A DNA stretch of 49,530 bases from Asterionella formosa (GCA_002256025.1 NKIB01013956.1:1-49530); one strand, 5' to 3'; shown: positions 35,344-47,543, numbered from the stretch's first letter. Notes: generated by a model not told the origin, from the sequence alone. Program-made: numbers and translations.

Positions 35344-37467
35344 ATGCAGAGTGGAAACATTATTTTCTATCCTTACCCCAAGCACCAAATGACTCAAATG
35401 ATTGAGAACCCATGCAAAGCAACGCGTCTTGATGGGACGACTCCTGCAGCGTCGTTCCTTGAGTATGTGGCCCGCTTAAATGACTTTGGTGTTTCCCAGA
35501 TCGAAGCATCGAAGCCAGACAAAGCATTTGATGCTTTTCGAAGAGCTCTTTCAAGGGTTGAAGGAACTAATGGCCGTGCCCAATCTGTCGCAAAGCTGGT
35601 CTCGCTTGAGGAGCCACGCAAGGACGGAAAGTCAGACACCACTACGAACACATACCTGTACCAAAGAGAAGAATACGACGAGGGCATGGACGTTTATAAC
35701 GAACCGATCCGACTCTGCAATTCGCGCTTGCCTTCCTTGAGCTTTCAGACTGTCGTTGCAACCATTCTTTACAACCAAGGGATTCTCTTAGCTAAGCTAT
35801 TTGAAGACGATGACGCCAAAGAATGCTTTCTGCGCTCCCTGGGTTTGGGCCAATGGAACACTGTTCAAGACGGACCGGGCATTGTTGCTCTGTTGCACAA
35901 CATTGGTCACCTTGAATATCGAAACTCCAAACATGAGCAATCCTTTCATACCTTCAACGAAGCGCTGCGGATTGGTCAGCAAATTCACGGCCAATCTAGC
36001 GTTGAAGTTGCTGCCACTTTGAATTGTCTTGGAGTTCTTAGCTTTTTTCATGTGCCCAAGGCTGACATGGAAAATGCCATGGAATTTTATCTCCGATCGG
36101 TGCATATTCGTAAGGAGTGCTGCGGAGCCATGGACAAACATGTTGCCACCATTTTAAATAACATTGGACGAGCCTACTATATGATGGGCAGCTACGAAGG
36201 TGCTCTCTCGATGTATAATGAGGCGCTCAGAATAAGAAGGCATCTTTTGGGAGACTCTCATTTGGATGTTGCCGCCACAGTCTACAACGCTGGCCAGACA
36301 TATCACCAAATGCGAGACTATTCAACTGCGCTTCGACTATACGAGGAGTTTTTGACGATTGCGATTCCGAAGCTTGGCGATCGTCATCGAGATGTTGCCA
36401 TCATGTACAAATGTATGGCTCAAATCTATCACGAGCAACGCGAGCATGATCAAGCGCTAAGGTTGTATATACTAGCGCTGGAAGCTGGTCGCTCTGCACT
36501 TGGAGCAATGCATCCTGAAGTTGCGTCGACGTTAAACAAGGTGGGAAACTTGTACTATGAAAAAGGTGAGTTCGACTCAGCGATTCGAATGTACCAAGAG
36601 GGACTTAAAGTAGAGCGCGTTGTGCTTCACTGCTTGCATCCTAATATAACAGTAACATTGACAAACATCGGTCAGAGCTATAAAAATCGTGGAGACTTCC
36701 AATCTGCACTTCGCCTTTACAAGGAGGCATTGACCCTTCAGCGCCAATCACTTGGCGATACCCATCCAACTGTGGCAACTACCCTTTCGAGCATCGCTTT
36801 AATCCATTACCAAAACAGATGTTACTCGCGAGCTCTTGACCTATACCAGGAGGCGCTTCGGCTTCGCATAGATCACTTCGGCGATTTGAACTTGGAAGTT
36901 GCCTCCAATCTCAACTCGATTGGACTTGTCTTATTCAAGCTTGGCCTGCACGCGATGGCGATGCAATCTTTCGTTGAAAGCTTGAAGATTCGAAGGGAGC
37001 TATTAGGGACGGACCACCGCGATGTTGCCATCGTCCTTTACAATATTGCCACCGTTCATCTAGAGCGCGGTGACGACGAGGAAGGAGTCAAATGCTACAT
37101 GGAAACGTTGCGAGTGCAACGATCTGCTTTGGGATCGGACCATGCTGATGTTGTTCTGACTTTGCAGCACATTGCACAGGTTCACCAACAACGGGGCGAA
37201 CTGCAGGAGTCACTGCAGTACTACAACGAGGCGTTGGATGTCCATAAGCGAAATCTCAGTGAAAATGATCCTATCATAGCTCAGACGCTGAACAGTATTG
37301 CCAATGTCTACCTGCAGCATGGAGAGGTTAGTGAAGCTATTCGAACTTTGTCTCGTGCCGCTCGCATTCTCCGCAAAGCTGGACGCACGGAGGACGAGCT
37401 GCACTTATCGGGATTTCACCACTATATCTTCTCCCGCTTGCATCCCGAAGCTTCAGCGGCCGCTTAA
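35344..37467 (+). CDS. Kinesin-light-chain/nephrocystin-3-type TPR repeat protein, paralog B (707 aa)
   Basis: Intact intronless ORF, colinear with paralog A (e.g. HLDVAATVYNAGQT, HRDVAIM.KCMAQI, HPEVASTLNK, HPNI.VTLTNIGQ). Confidence 0.92.
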   Translation: MQSGNIIFYPYPKHQMTQMIENPCKATRLDGTTPAASFLEYVARLNDFGVSQIEASKPDKAFDAFRRALSRVEGTNGRAQSVAKLVSLEEPRKDGKSDTTTNTYLYQREEYDEGMDVYNEPIRLCNSRLPSLSFQTVVATILYNQGILLAKLFEDDDAKECFLRSLGLGQWNTVQDGPGIVALLHNIGHLEYRNSKHEQSFHTFNEALRIGQQIHGQSSVEVAATLNCLGVLSFFHVPKADMENAMEFYLRSVHIRKECCGAMDKHVATILNNIGRAYYMMGSYEGALSMYNEALRIRRHLLGDSHLDVAATVYNAGQTYHQMRDYSTALRLYEEFLTIAIPKLGDRHRDVAIMYKCMAQIYHEQREHDQALRLYILALEAGRSALGAMHPEVASTLNKVGNLYYEKGEFDSAIRMYQEGLKVERVVLHCLHPNITVTLTNIGQSYKNRGDFQSALRLYKEALTLQRQSLGDTHPTVATTLSSIALIHYQNRCYSRALDLYQEALRLRIDHFGDLNLEVASNLNSIGLVLFKLGLHAMAMQSFVESLKIRRELLGTDHRDVAIVLYNIATVHLERGDDEEGVKCYMETLRVQRSALGSDHADVVLTLQHIAQVHQQRGELQESLQYYNEALDVHKRNLSENDPIIAQTLNSIANVYLQHGEVSEAIRTLSRAARILRKAGRTEDELHLSGFHHYIFSRLHPEASAAA

Positions 37468-38609
37468 TCCATTTCCCCATTCATTGACTGAACAAACTTT
37501 TAGAGGTAGTATCAGCGATTATTAGGAGTCCTTTTTAGCTACCGGTATACTGATAACGGTAATCCAATGGGGTCTATGTTTGTCTACAGTACCAGGTTCT
37601 GTACGCTGGAAACACACAAACCGAAAGTATACGTAGATTCCTGGTATGTATGACTTACACTTCGACTAGCTCGACTACATTGCCTGGTCTCTTCCTTCTT
37701 CGGAGGGAAATTTTGAGAGATTTTTCGGTGAGGAAGAAAGAGGCTTTCAATCAGCAAGAATAAAAACATACGGGTATATATAACCCATACACCGTATACG
37801 CTACGTTTCTATCCCGGTACCTGCTACCAGGTACAGCATCTTGAAAGTGACACAAAAAACTGTTGATGAGACACCCACTGTCAACCACGTCTCAATCGAT
37901 TCGACGAAGAGATCGATTTGAAGTCCAAGGAGGTGAGAATTTCGCAGCCTTGTGGGTATTTGTTCCTATGATTTCAACGACGTGGACGAAGCGATTTCAA
38001 TATGCGATGAATGCATTTCGTTCGTCGTGTCGACCAGTCCTGTCAACTGCTCAAACGTTCCTGCAAAGAACGTTTCATAGTCAAATTAGTCAAAAATGTG
38101 ACAAGTGTAATAAGAGGGAGTGATGACAGAATTTTTGTACTTTTGGGGGAGGAGTTCTCATCAAACTTGCCGACGTCAGTTTTCTCGATGATAGGCCAGA
38201 ATTTATGTAAAATGGTCGGAAGTTGGAATCAGCCTTTCCACTGATTTTATTCACTTGTTCGGGCTCGAACTCGATGTTTGAATTCAATTTTTGGCTCGGT
38301 TTGAGCCATATTTTTAAAATTTCTTTAATTATTCAGATTGTCGTCATCTTGCTTTCCGAACTGCTCGCATCATTGTTCTTTTCCTCCATCTCTCACTCAG
38401 CTCGTCAGCCAGAACAGATTCTCATCGAATTTACTCAGACGTCTTCTGAGACTCGCGCCGTGCTTCTCGCAGATTCTTTTTCATACCAGTAGGCAGGCCC
38501 AATTTTCAATTTCGCAGAACAAACAGCCATAACAGTAACAAACGAAGTCGACTTAACACAACATCACACAGAAGAGTTCATCGCCAACGCAACGCAAATC
38601 ACCTCATCA

Positions 38610-38642
38610 ATGCTTAGAATAGGAGCCCCACCTCTACCATGA
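38610..38642 (+). promoter_or_regulatory. 10-codon upstream ORF (MLRIGAPPLP*) whose TGA overlaps the ATG1 start (ATGA)
   Basis: ATG at 38610 and TGA at 38640-38642; main ATG at 38639-38641 is in another frame. Presence in the mRNA is not shown. Confidence 0.45.
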
Positions 38643-41600
38643 ACGCGCCGCAAACTCCGCTGCAAGAAAGCAGCGTCAAAATAATTGCTGGGTACGCGTT
38701 GCAGCAGAAACTGGGCTCAGGTAGTTTTGCCACCGTTTACAAGGGCATCAAGATACCAGGTGATGAAAACGACAGCGATGCCGACACCGTTGCCATCAAG
38801 GTTATTACAAGGATGAGCGAGAAGCTCACGAAAAAAGTGCTTGAAAATCTGGAAATGGAGGTACGCAAAACTAAACTGAAACGGACCTTTCTCGGGAATA
38901 TTTCGGAGCATTTTAGCTACGTTGACAAATGTGGCAAATTACCGAAACATACATCATTGTTTGCATCATTTCGGTGCTAAATTTTAGACTCACACAATTC
39001 TTGTTGTCGCCATCGCTTCCGAAATCAACCTAAGATTCAAATTTTGAGAACTTACCAGCATCCGAACATAGTTTGCTTACAAGGAGTCCACAAGACGGAT
39101 CGACACTTTTATCTTATTCTTGAATATTGTGGAGGTGGCGACCTTCAGCGGTTGATTCGAACAAGAAAGTCTGGACGATTGACCGAACGATTGACACGCC
39201 GCTTGATGCGGGATTTATCCTCGGGACTCAAATTCCTCTGGGGACAAGAGCTGATTCATCGAGACATTAAACCGCAGAATTTGTTGTTGACTGGGTCTAT
39301 ACCGTTTGATGAATTGAACGATCCGGCCCAATTGGAAATGCCCGAGGAAGCAAAGCAGACGTCCATCTCCTCACCGCCGCATTTTTCGTTGAAGATTGCG
39401 GACTTCGGATTTGCAAGACATTTGCAAACCGCTTCCCTTGCCGAAACCTTGTGTGGATCTCCGTTGTACATGGCCCCCGAGATTTTACAACACCATCGGT
39501 AAGTTCAGGAATTTATCTGGAGGAACTTAATTTTTTTGAGAGACTTTCTGCATTTTCTCAAGAGTTTCGTTCATTCCCACAGGTATGACGCAAAGGCTGA
39601 TCTATGGTCAGTGGGTACTGTCCTATTTGAAATGATTTCTGGACGCCCTCCCTTCAACGGCGAAAATCACATTGACCTTTTACGAAATATTCAACGAAAG
39701 GCTGTCCGCCTTCCTGCCGACGTGCGTGTGAGCAAGGAATGTGTGAATCTCCTCCGAATCCTTCTAAATCGTAACCCGCTCAGTCGTGCTGGTTTTAAGG
39801 AATTTTTTGAAGCTTGCGATGCATTTGTTGCCCTTGGCTGCGAAGGAATCGCAACTCTGGCATCGAGTGGATCAACCCAGCCCCGAAAAAAGATGGATTT
39901 GGGAACAATTCATGAAGGGGATCTAACGATGACGCACGGGACCGACAGCATCATGACAACGGCCACTGCTGCGCAGACATCAAGCAGCATCCCACTGCCT
40001 CACCATCCACATCGGATGTCTCCTCCTGCTTCTCATCAGCAGATTTACACTTCAAAATCTGGTGGAACTATTGGCTTTGTGACACCGCCGTTTGGGCCTC
40101 TGCCAACACCGGCAAACCAGATGGTAGGTCATCCTGCAGAATCCAAACTTACGTCTGCCCGGGCTCAAGGACAACCTCGATTCGCTCCTTTGCAACCCAG
40201 TCCGCCTCCATTCCTTAGTCCTATCGTTCAATCTAGCCGCTTAGTGACACCTCACCTGTCAAATGTCCCTGCAAATGCCGTTGGTCCAAGCCCGATGTTG
40301 TCAATATCATCTCGGCAACAGCAAGGCCAGTCTCAATTAGATAACACTGGACAATCATCACAGAATTCAAGTGACGATAGTGGATTCGTCATGGTGAATC
40401 GAAGCGAAACATTGTCTCCTGCCCCATGTGCAGTGTTATCTACATCTTCGTCCGGGCAAGGAATCGCTAATCAATACAATCGTCGATCAGAAGGAATAAC
40501 CAGGTTGGCCCCATCTCCTCCTCCGTCTCCCCGATATTTTAATTCATCACAGCAACAACACATGAGCGCACGTGGAGATTACAGTTTTGTGAATGATGTT
40601 AGGACCTATCAGGTCCCAAAAGGAATATTGAGCACCAGCCCAGGTACTGGCGGAGCCTTAGTGGGCATGATGGGTGGGCGCGCTCGCCTCCTTCCTCAGT
40701 TCTCCTCTGATAGCCTTGGTCAAGGGCGTCTGGATTCGCAAATCACCACTACAGCAAAGATGGTGGCAGCCGGAGAGGACGTGGGTCGACGATCTATTAC
40801 AGTTGCTCATTTAGGCGATACACGCGCATACTGGGCAATGAAACTGGTTGTCGGCGGTGGAGATGAATCGTCGCTTTTATCAACCGCTTTAATGGAAGGT
40901 GTTGAAGAAGGATTCAGTGATGAACACAGTAGTGCCGATGTCACTGATTGTGACGAATCTGGTTCAACGGAAATCGCTGGTGGTCGCAACCGCAGTGTTT
41001 CGATTGCTGATCGAAGCATGCCAGATCCCAATCAGGAGGATGAAAATGAGGAAATGCCATTTGCTATGCCTTCCCCGAAGAATGAGACACCAGTGGTTAC
41101 AATTCCGACGAGGTCGAACAGCTCGTCCAATTTTTACAAATCGAATAGCCTCGCTCAGTCCAAGGGTGCTTCAAAGCCCAGCCCTGAACTTATCCGTGTG
41201 CACTTCAGCGAGGCCCTTTCTTGTTATCTTAAAGCCCTGTCAATGCTGAAGGGTGTCTTGTGCGCCGTGCAAAGAGTCAAAACAGATTTAGAAATGATGG
41301 TGTCGGGAGTCATGACAGCTGAACAACGTGCAACTGTTCAAAATCTTGTGAGACGATGCGATGTGACTTCGACTTGGTTATCTCGACAGTTTGCTAGTGT
41401 GCTTGAACGTGCTGATGCTGCAAATGTCGAAATCAACAAAATCTTGGCGTCGTCAACTTTGCAAGGAGAGGAAGCCTTTTTACCGACAGCAAGTGTGGAG
41501 GAGCTCATTTTTTCGCACTCACTCGCATGCGGCCGTGACGCTGCTGTAAAGCAGTTGCTTGGTCAATACGACGCTGCTCGATCTTGCTATCGCTCCGCCG

Positions 41601-41872
41601 GTCTTCTTGTGGAGACGCTGTTGATGGAACCAAGCGTTGGTGCTGATGACCGCAACGTTTTGGAAGGCTACGTCGATGGTTTTGCCGCACGTATTAAGGA
41701 GGTCGATGATATTATGCTCCAACAGAGTCGTAGCATGGGAAGCAGCCCCGGAAGCAGCATTTCAAGGCGTGGATCTACTGTGATTGGTTTGATTGGGGGC
41801 ATTACTCCTCCAAAGAATGCCGGATTCGACCCTGTTTCGGCGGCTTTTCGGTTCAGCGCAACCAACCCCTAA
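38639..41872 (+). CDS. ATG1: Autophagy Ser/Thr kinase ATG1/ULK, 3 exons (38639-38860, 39035-39498, 39583-41872), 991 aa
   Basis: GSGSFATVYKG, VAIK, EME|IQILRTYQHPNIV, ILEYCGGGDL, HRDIKPQNLLL, KIADFGFAR, TLCGSPLYMAPEIL and YDAKADLWSVG are ATG1-typical. LIR-like DDSGFVMV; C-terminal MIT-like helices EALSCYLKALSML and EELIFSHSL. GT-AG introns of 174 and 84 bp keep the frame. Confidence 0.93.
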
Positions 41873-43599
41873 TATATATGCTGGTCATTCTCGTGAAAAA
41901 TGTGTAGAGAAATAATCGTAACAAGATAAAGTTCCCGGTGAAAACATGATCAGTATTGAGAGGAAACCATGAGCAGTCTTGGTTTCTTAAACTGTTTGCT
42001 CCATACTAAGGATCCTCAGGTTTTAAAATCTATATGGGTAGACTAGTTTGAGGAACATACTTTGAGAACAGTCAAGAGTAGAATTGGAATCATCCTATAT
42101 TGCACAGAATCTGAAGGCGATAAGCTTTTCCAACTGACAGACTGACTTCATGTAGAAACCATTTTAAGTTTATTCCTTCTTTGTGTTTCCCTTGAACTAA
42201 ATGAAAGGCTTTTCCATCTACTAACTGTAAAAACCTCGATGATGAATGATTCCTGCAGTTGTGATGGGTGAAGGACTGGTCAAGTGGCAGGAGAGGTTTT
42301 TAGTTCATGCAGCCTGCTCAGATATAGCTATCTCATTGTTTTGTGGATTCAAGGAGATATTGGACCATGTGAAGGCCTAAGGGTTGTTCATACCAATTTT
42401 TCACAATACATACTTCAATAAGACCATATTCAATCACCAAAATTTCTGCATTATTACAGATTGTCCCTAGAGCAACTCTCAGCTTGTCAGGGTGACGATT
42501 TGATCAATACTGTAGCCATGTGAACAGGGAACATTACATTTACCAGTTACCACACTGTCCGTCCAGGGGAATCCACCACAATCGCATACTAAGACAGAGT
42601 GAGTCTGATTCAATATAACTGCTTCTTCCTCCTATAAATTATTCACCCTACAAGGTAGCCAAAGTGCGAGCCATCTACTGCCCTCCTCCCCCTCTCTCAG
42701 CATGACAAAGCAAAGTAAATGACACAAAAGTCAGGCATACCAGAACCACTTCATGATTTCAACAACAACTCGAGTCCCTGGCACAAAGCATCACAACACC
42801 GACCGGAAAGGATGAAAGCCCCTTCCAATTAGCCTCCTGGAGGCAACAGCAAACCAAAACGGAACAAAGATCAACTCGCAAAACTTTCACGACCAATAGC
42901 TCAACCAGGCACTAACCTATAGCCATAATAGATTAGTAAAACACATTATGCATCATGATGTCTCAACCTTTCAAACAGCTCAAAAGGAGGACATTGTCCA
43001 TCTTGGCCTCTATCAGCAATTCAAACAAGTATGCTACCAGAACGATATGGCTGAGGTGGCAGTTCTCAACTTTTTGAAAACTTGCCAACTTGCACACATA
43101 GACAAGGTACTGACAGAGTGTAGCTCCTGGATTGCCATCCAAGCTTGAATCAAATTGCCCAAGTTTGGACAAAAGAATTACTGAACATGCTGAAGAAGCT
43201 ACTGAATGTTTCAAAGTCAGCATGGTCAAATCCTGATGCACCTTTAAAAAAGGGAATTGTGAGAGTTCTTGATCATGATGATGAATAAACATTGAGTACC
43301 TCACTTTGACTAGTAGCAATGATCATATTTGCATTGACTGTGGCAGAGTAGCTTGTTCGATTGGCAGGAACACATACCATGATACAAAGAATTGTATATA
43401 TTTTTACGTTGCATTGCACAGCCTACAGGTTCTGCAAATATTTGGGAACAAAACTATCACTAGATAGTTACTAAACTCCTAATTAAAGTTACTTTGATAA
43501 CTTTCATAGTTATCAGCCAGGATTTCTTTATCAGCCAGGATTTCTTTAGTTCTTCGCTCCCACCATCTTTAGAGAGTGAAATGATTTGAGGTCCCTACC

Positions 43600-43980
43600 A
43601 CTGGCGCAATAATGTGTAGTTCCAAACAATTATCATATTTGTTTTGAAATAATTTTTGAATTTTCTTCTCTGCCATCATGCCATCCCCAAACCACATTCC
43701 AGATAGTACCCATTGATTTCGAGTAGCATATTGTGTAATTATCAGCATGTTACAAATACATCTTCAATGTTTGTCAAGCTTTTCCTATTCTTCAGAAAGA
43801 ACCAACGCTTTCTAAGAATACCAATGATGCACTCAATTTTATTCTTGATATAAAATCGGTCTTTTCAACAGTCTCCAAATATCGGAATCAGAATCAATTT
43901 TAGGACGACGATAGCTCAACGTTGGCAGGGTTTGAAGAAGAGTTAAGTACATACCGGTAGGTAATCTTCATATAGCCCAT
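43600..43980 (-). mobile_element. Decayed PIF/Harbinger DDE transposase, C-terminal fragment
   Basis: Minus-strand translation KIECIIGILRKRWFFLK...EDVFVTC**LHNMLLEING fits the E..FG.LK.RW / CC.LHN pattern of DDE_Tnp_4. Confidence 0.65.
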
Positions 43981-43992
43981 AAATTAAGTTTC

Positions 43993-44076
43993 GGCAAGAA
44001 ACTGCAGAAAGGAACTTTGGTACTGTTTTCAGCATCATAGTTAAAAAACCGAAGTTCCTTTCTGCAGTTTCTCGCC
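43993..44076. repeat. 84-bp hairpin: 29-bp arms, 26-nt loop
   Basis: GGCAAGAAACTGCAGAAAGGAACTTTGGT (43993-44021) vs reverse complement of 44048-44076, GGCGAGAAACTGCAGAAAGGAACTTCGGT; 27/29 identical. Confidence 0.9.
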
Positions 44077-45025
44077 AGATTCTTTTTCCTGACAATATAT
44101 AGCGTTGACCTATTCCCCTACTTTGATTAATGACTATATACAAGCACATGGAAAGGGAGTGTATTGGTGAAAGCTCCGTTTAGCAATATTCATTTACGAT
44201 TTTTCTAAAGAAGTGTGAGTTTGACTGACTACTCTGACTCAATATCATCTTTTAACGCGCGACTGTCATTTCGTCAAAGCGAAAATTGAGCGCTGATAAG
44301 AGTTGGTAGATGCTACGTATCTGTAGCTCTCACGCAGTAAAATTTGCTAGAAAAATGTTTCTACACAATTTGTTTATTTTACTTTGTTTGCTAATAATTG
44401 TTTTTATAAAAGAGTGAGCTTAATGTAAATGTAAATTTGAATGTATGATTTTGAAACTTCCAAGCTCATGCATGTTTCAAAATAGAGGTGATCTTCGGAG
44501 GCGAGGTTCATTTGTGTTCCCAACTTGAACTGAGAATAAACTACATCCTCTTCCTAAATACACATTTGTCTTAATCTTGGCCTGTCTCAACTTAGGCCAG
44601 ATGCTGTTTGATCGAAGACTGCTTACAGAATGATCCTGTTAATCATAACTAGATCATACCTAGTTTGCTTCTTTAATGTTCCTTGATGTTGCGGACATAT
44701 CTGTAATTGTCTAGTCAATCATTTATTGATTTGGCTTCTAGGTCTGATCGTCTTCTAGAGTCCATTTAACAGGTTAGAGAGAACTTCTCCTGAAAGTTCC
44801 TCTCTCAACTGTGGCATTTTACACGCGATATTTAACCATGTAATCTTGAATCAATCATCTAGTGGATTGTGGTACATGTTTCTAATCAGTTCACTAGAGG
44901 CGAAAATATATTGACACTCATAACCTGATCAGGAATCAGGAATCTCTATGTGTTTCAACTATAAGGCATTAAACATCCAGGGGCAATATGAACATTGCTT
45001 CCAATACACGGGAAGAAATCGTGTA

Positions 45026-47191
45026 CCACTTAAAAACTGTAAGCCACTGCTACGGCGACTTTTGATCTGTAAGCCACCGCTAAACGGAGTAAACGCACGG
45101 TTTGAACTTAGTTTACAAGAAACGCTATTTACTGTCACGGACGAGTTGTTCAGATTTATATAGCGTGTAAATACTTCCGTACTTGTATTGTTGCATTGTG
45201 TACATTGTTAATTAGGTATCATCGCCCAAAGGTTGCTGTCGACGTGAAATTGCGAAAATTGGATATTTTTACGTTTACTCGATTGAGCAAGCATCACCTT
45301 TTATAGTATACGTATTCTGCTATGATAATATTCCTCCGCTAGAAAACTAATTTAGTATCCTCTAATATTTATTTAATATGGCTACAACTTCATTGCGTTT
45401 TCGCTCGTGCGCCATAATAAAGAGATAAATTCACTAATGGAAAACGTCAAATAGGAATTCCTGGCGCGCCCGAATTATGAGTACAAAAATTAAATGCAAA
45501 CACAACAATCACCCATCACCCATCACAATACCAACATCATGACCTCGAAAGCCCCTCGACTAGGCAATGCCTTGCCTCGAAAGAAATTGTCTCCTGAAAA
45601 GTTGGTCAGTGTTCAGATTTGTCTTAACAATGTGATTAGGGAGCTAGAAGCTTAGAAGGCTAATATATCCCTTGGATATCTGTCAACCAAGTGAAGAATG
45701 AACTAAAACGAAGTGCTAAACTAGAAGTTAAGTCTAGTACTACAATGTATACTACTTCTGGTTCGTCCCTCTTTCAACCATCAACTGCAACCATTGTGTC
45801 TACATTGACACCTGACCATTGTGGCCCTACTAAACCCCAATTCTTGAATGCTGATGGCATCTTTGCCTTGTTATTTCCCAGTAATCTCATTCATAATTCA
45901 TATGAAATTTTCGAGGAGGAAGAAGATGACAACAATGAAGGTGTGAGTGAGCATTATGATAGTCAGTTTACAATGGGCACTTTGGCATATGAAACTGGAA
46001 ACAATGGTGTGTTTACCTGGGGAAGTTTGGAGGCAAATACAACAAACAAGGAGGACATGAGTAGTACAACGAGGATGGTATCCCCTGAACTATAAAGTCT
46101 TGCTTCACCCTGAGATTCAACTAACCCAACCACAACAGAACATCAATGCGCCCACATAGACTGCCACTCTCCCTCCTTCTGATGAGTTAAACCTCCAAAC
46201 TGGCTTTGAGGGAACAATTGTTGGAAGAATTAACGAGTTTTGTAAACGCGAGGATGTGCGAAATGGAATCAACCGGGAGGCCCAAGCTAGAAAGAGAAAG
46301 AAGACAGCGGATTCACACATTGAGGGACACAAGAAGCGGATAACAGCAGGACTACTAACCTCTGCACAAACCTTTGCCCTTGGGCCAAATATTCTTACTG
46401 CTACACTGGAACGGAAGCGAATTTCAGACATTGTCATTAGTGCAAAAGAAACAAAAAGGCAACAAGAATTTAATGCACTTCGCGGAAAAGTACTTACATT
46501 GAAGGAACAGAACAAAACAAAAGAACAGATGTCTGTGCAAGAATTGAAATTAATGGTGCGTTGATACAAACGATCAGGTGATTTGCCGGTTCCACAAACA
46601 AGGCAAGCTCTGATTACAAGATTCGACGACACCAATCACTGTGGTGACCAGCAGCCGCCATTCCCTCTCCATACACCTCCTATTGCTGTGGTTGTTGTTA
46701 CTGCACCTCCTCCTGTTGCTATTCCCTCTCCTTCTACAACTGCTACTGCCAATCCACCATTCCGTAATGAAGTTTGAGACTCCGCCAGCCAGTAATTGGA
46801 TGCAAAGAAGCTCGAGATTTATGTAATGCATCAGAAGAATTCTCCGACGATGATGCTGCCCTGCAAAAGTGTAAAACGTAAAGAAATAAGAAAATAATTT
46901 TTGTAGTATTAACGGAGTAAAAATAAACACGGTTTTGGGGGAAAATATATTTATGTACAGATAGAAAAATATGCACTGTAAGCCACCGCTATGCAATAAT
47001 ATTAGTGACTTTGGAAAAATTATTTCTTCATGGCTAGATACACAGAATCAAAACTGATTCCTTAATAGTATAGCAGAGAGCATTGTCTAACATAAGCTTT
47101 GTACTTGCGTCAAGTTTTGATCATTGAATTACATAAATATTTTTAGTCGAAAGATAGAGTAAAATAACGGTGGCTTTCAATTTTTAAGTGG
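45026..47191 (+). mobile_element. 2.17-kb Tc1/mariner/pogo-type element with 27-bp TIRs, TA TSD and an internally deleted ORF
   Basis: TA|CCACTTAAAAACTGTAAGCCACTGCTA ... TAACGGTGGCTTTCAATTTTTAAGTGG|TA (23/27). Subterminal CTGTAAGCCACCGCTA copies at 45067 and 46976. Broken ORF ~45539-46777 with no visible DDE core. Confidence 0.85.
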
Positions 47192-47543
47192 TACCAGGTT
47201 GGATCACACAGTGAGAGAGTTCGAACGAAAAGACCTTAAAAGACCGCAAAAGATCGTGACCTTCGCAAAAGAACGTAAAGAATGAGCAAACCCGGATATA
47301 CGACATTTTTCAGTCTTTTGTAAACTTCGCGTTCTTTTGCCTTTCTTCGGAAAACATAAGATTTGAGGTCGATTTGAGGTCGATTTTAGGTGAAACACAG
47401 TTTGTGTACTTGACTTTTCGTCCTTCAGGGGTTTCCGTCAACTCTCAACAGGCTGCTGCCCAGCGTGCAGCAGGTCGACAAAACGTTTTTAAGTTTGATT
47501 GGCGACAACAAAGAAAGAGCATAGATAGGGAGTGCCTTAAAAA

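Noticed and set aside
21089..37467. Bacterial Rap/RRNPP quorum-sensing or CHAT/TPR defence system
   Set aside because: No HTH, phosphatase or CHAT domain, no adjacent signal-peptide microgene, and neighbouring genes have spliceosomal introns.
37863..38532. Separate small gene between TPR paralog B and ATG1
   Set aside because: Only short motif-less ORFs; more likely ATG1 promoter or leader.
42000..43400. Coding region downstream of ATG1
   Set aside because: Fragmentary ORFs with no recognisable motif.
44687..45008. Solo LTR (TG...CA)
   Set aside because: No target-site duplication or second copy visible.
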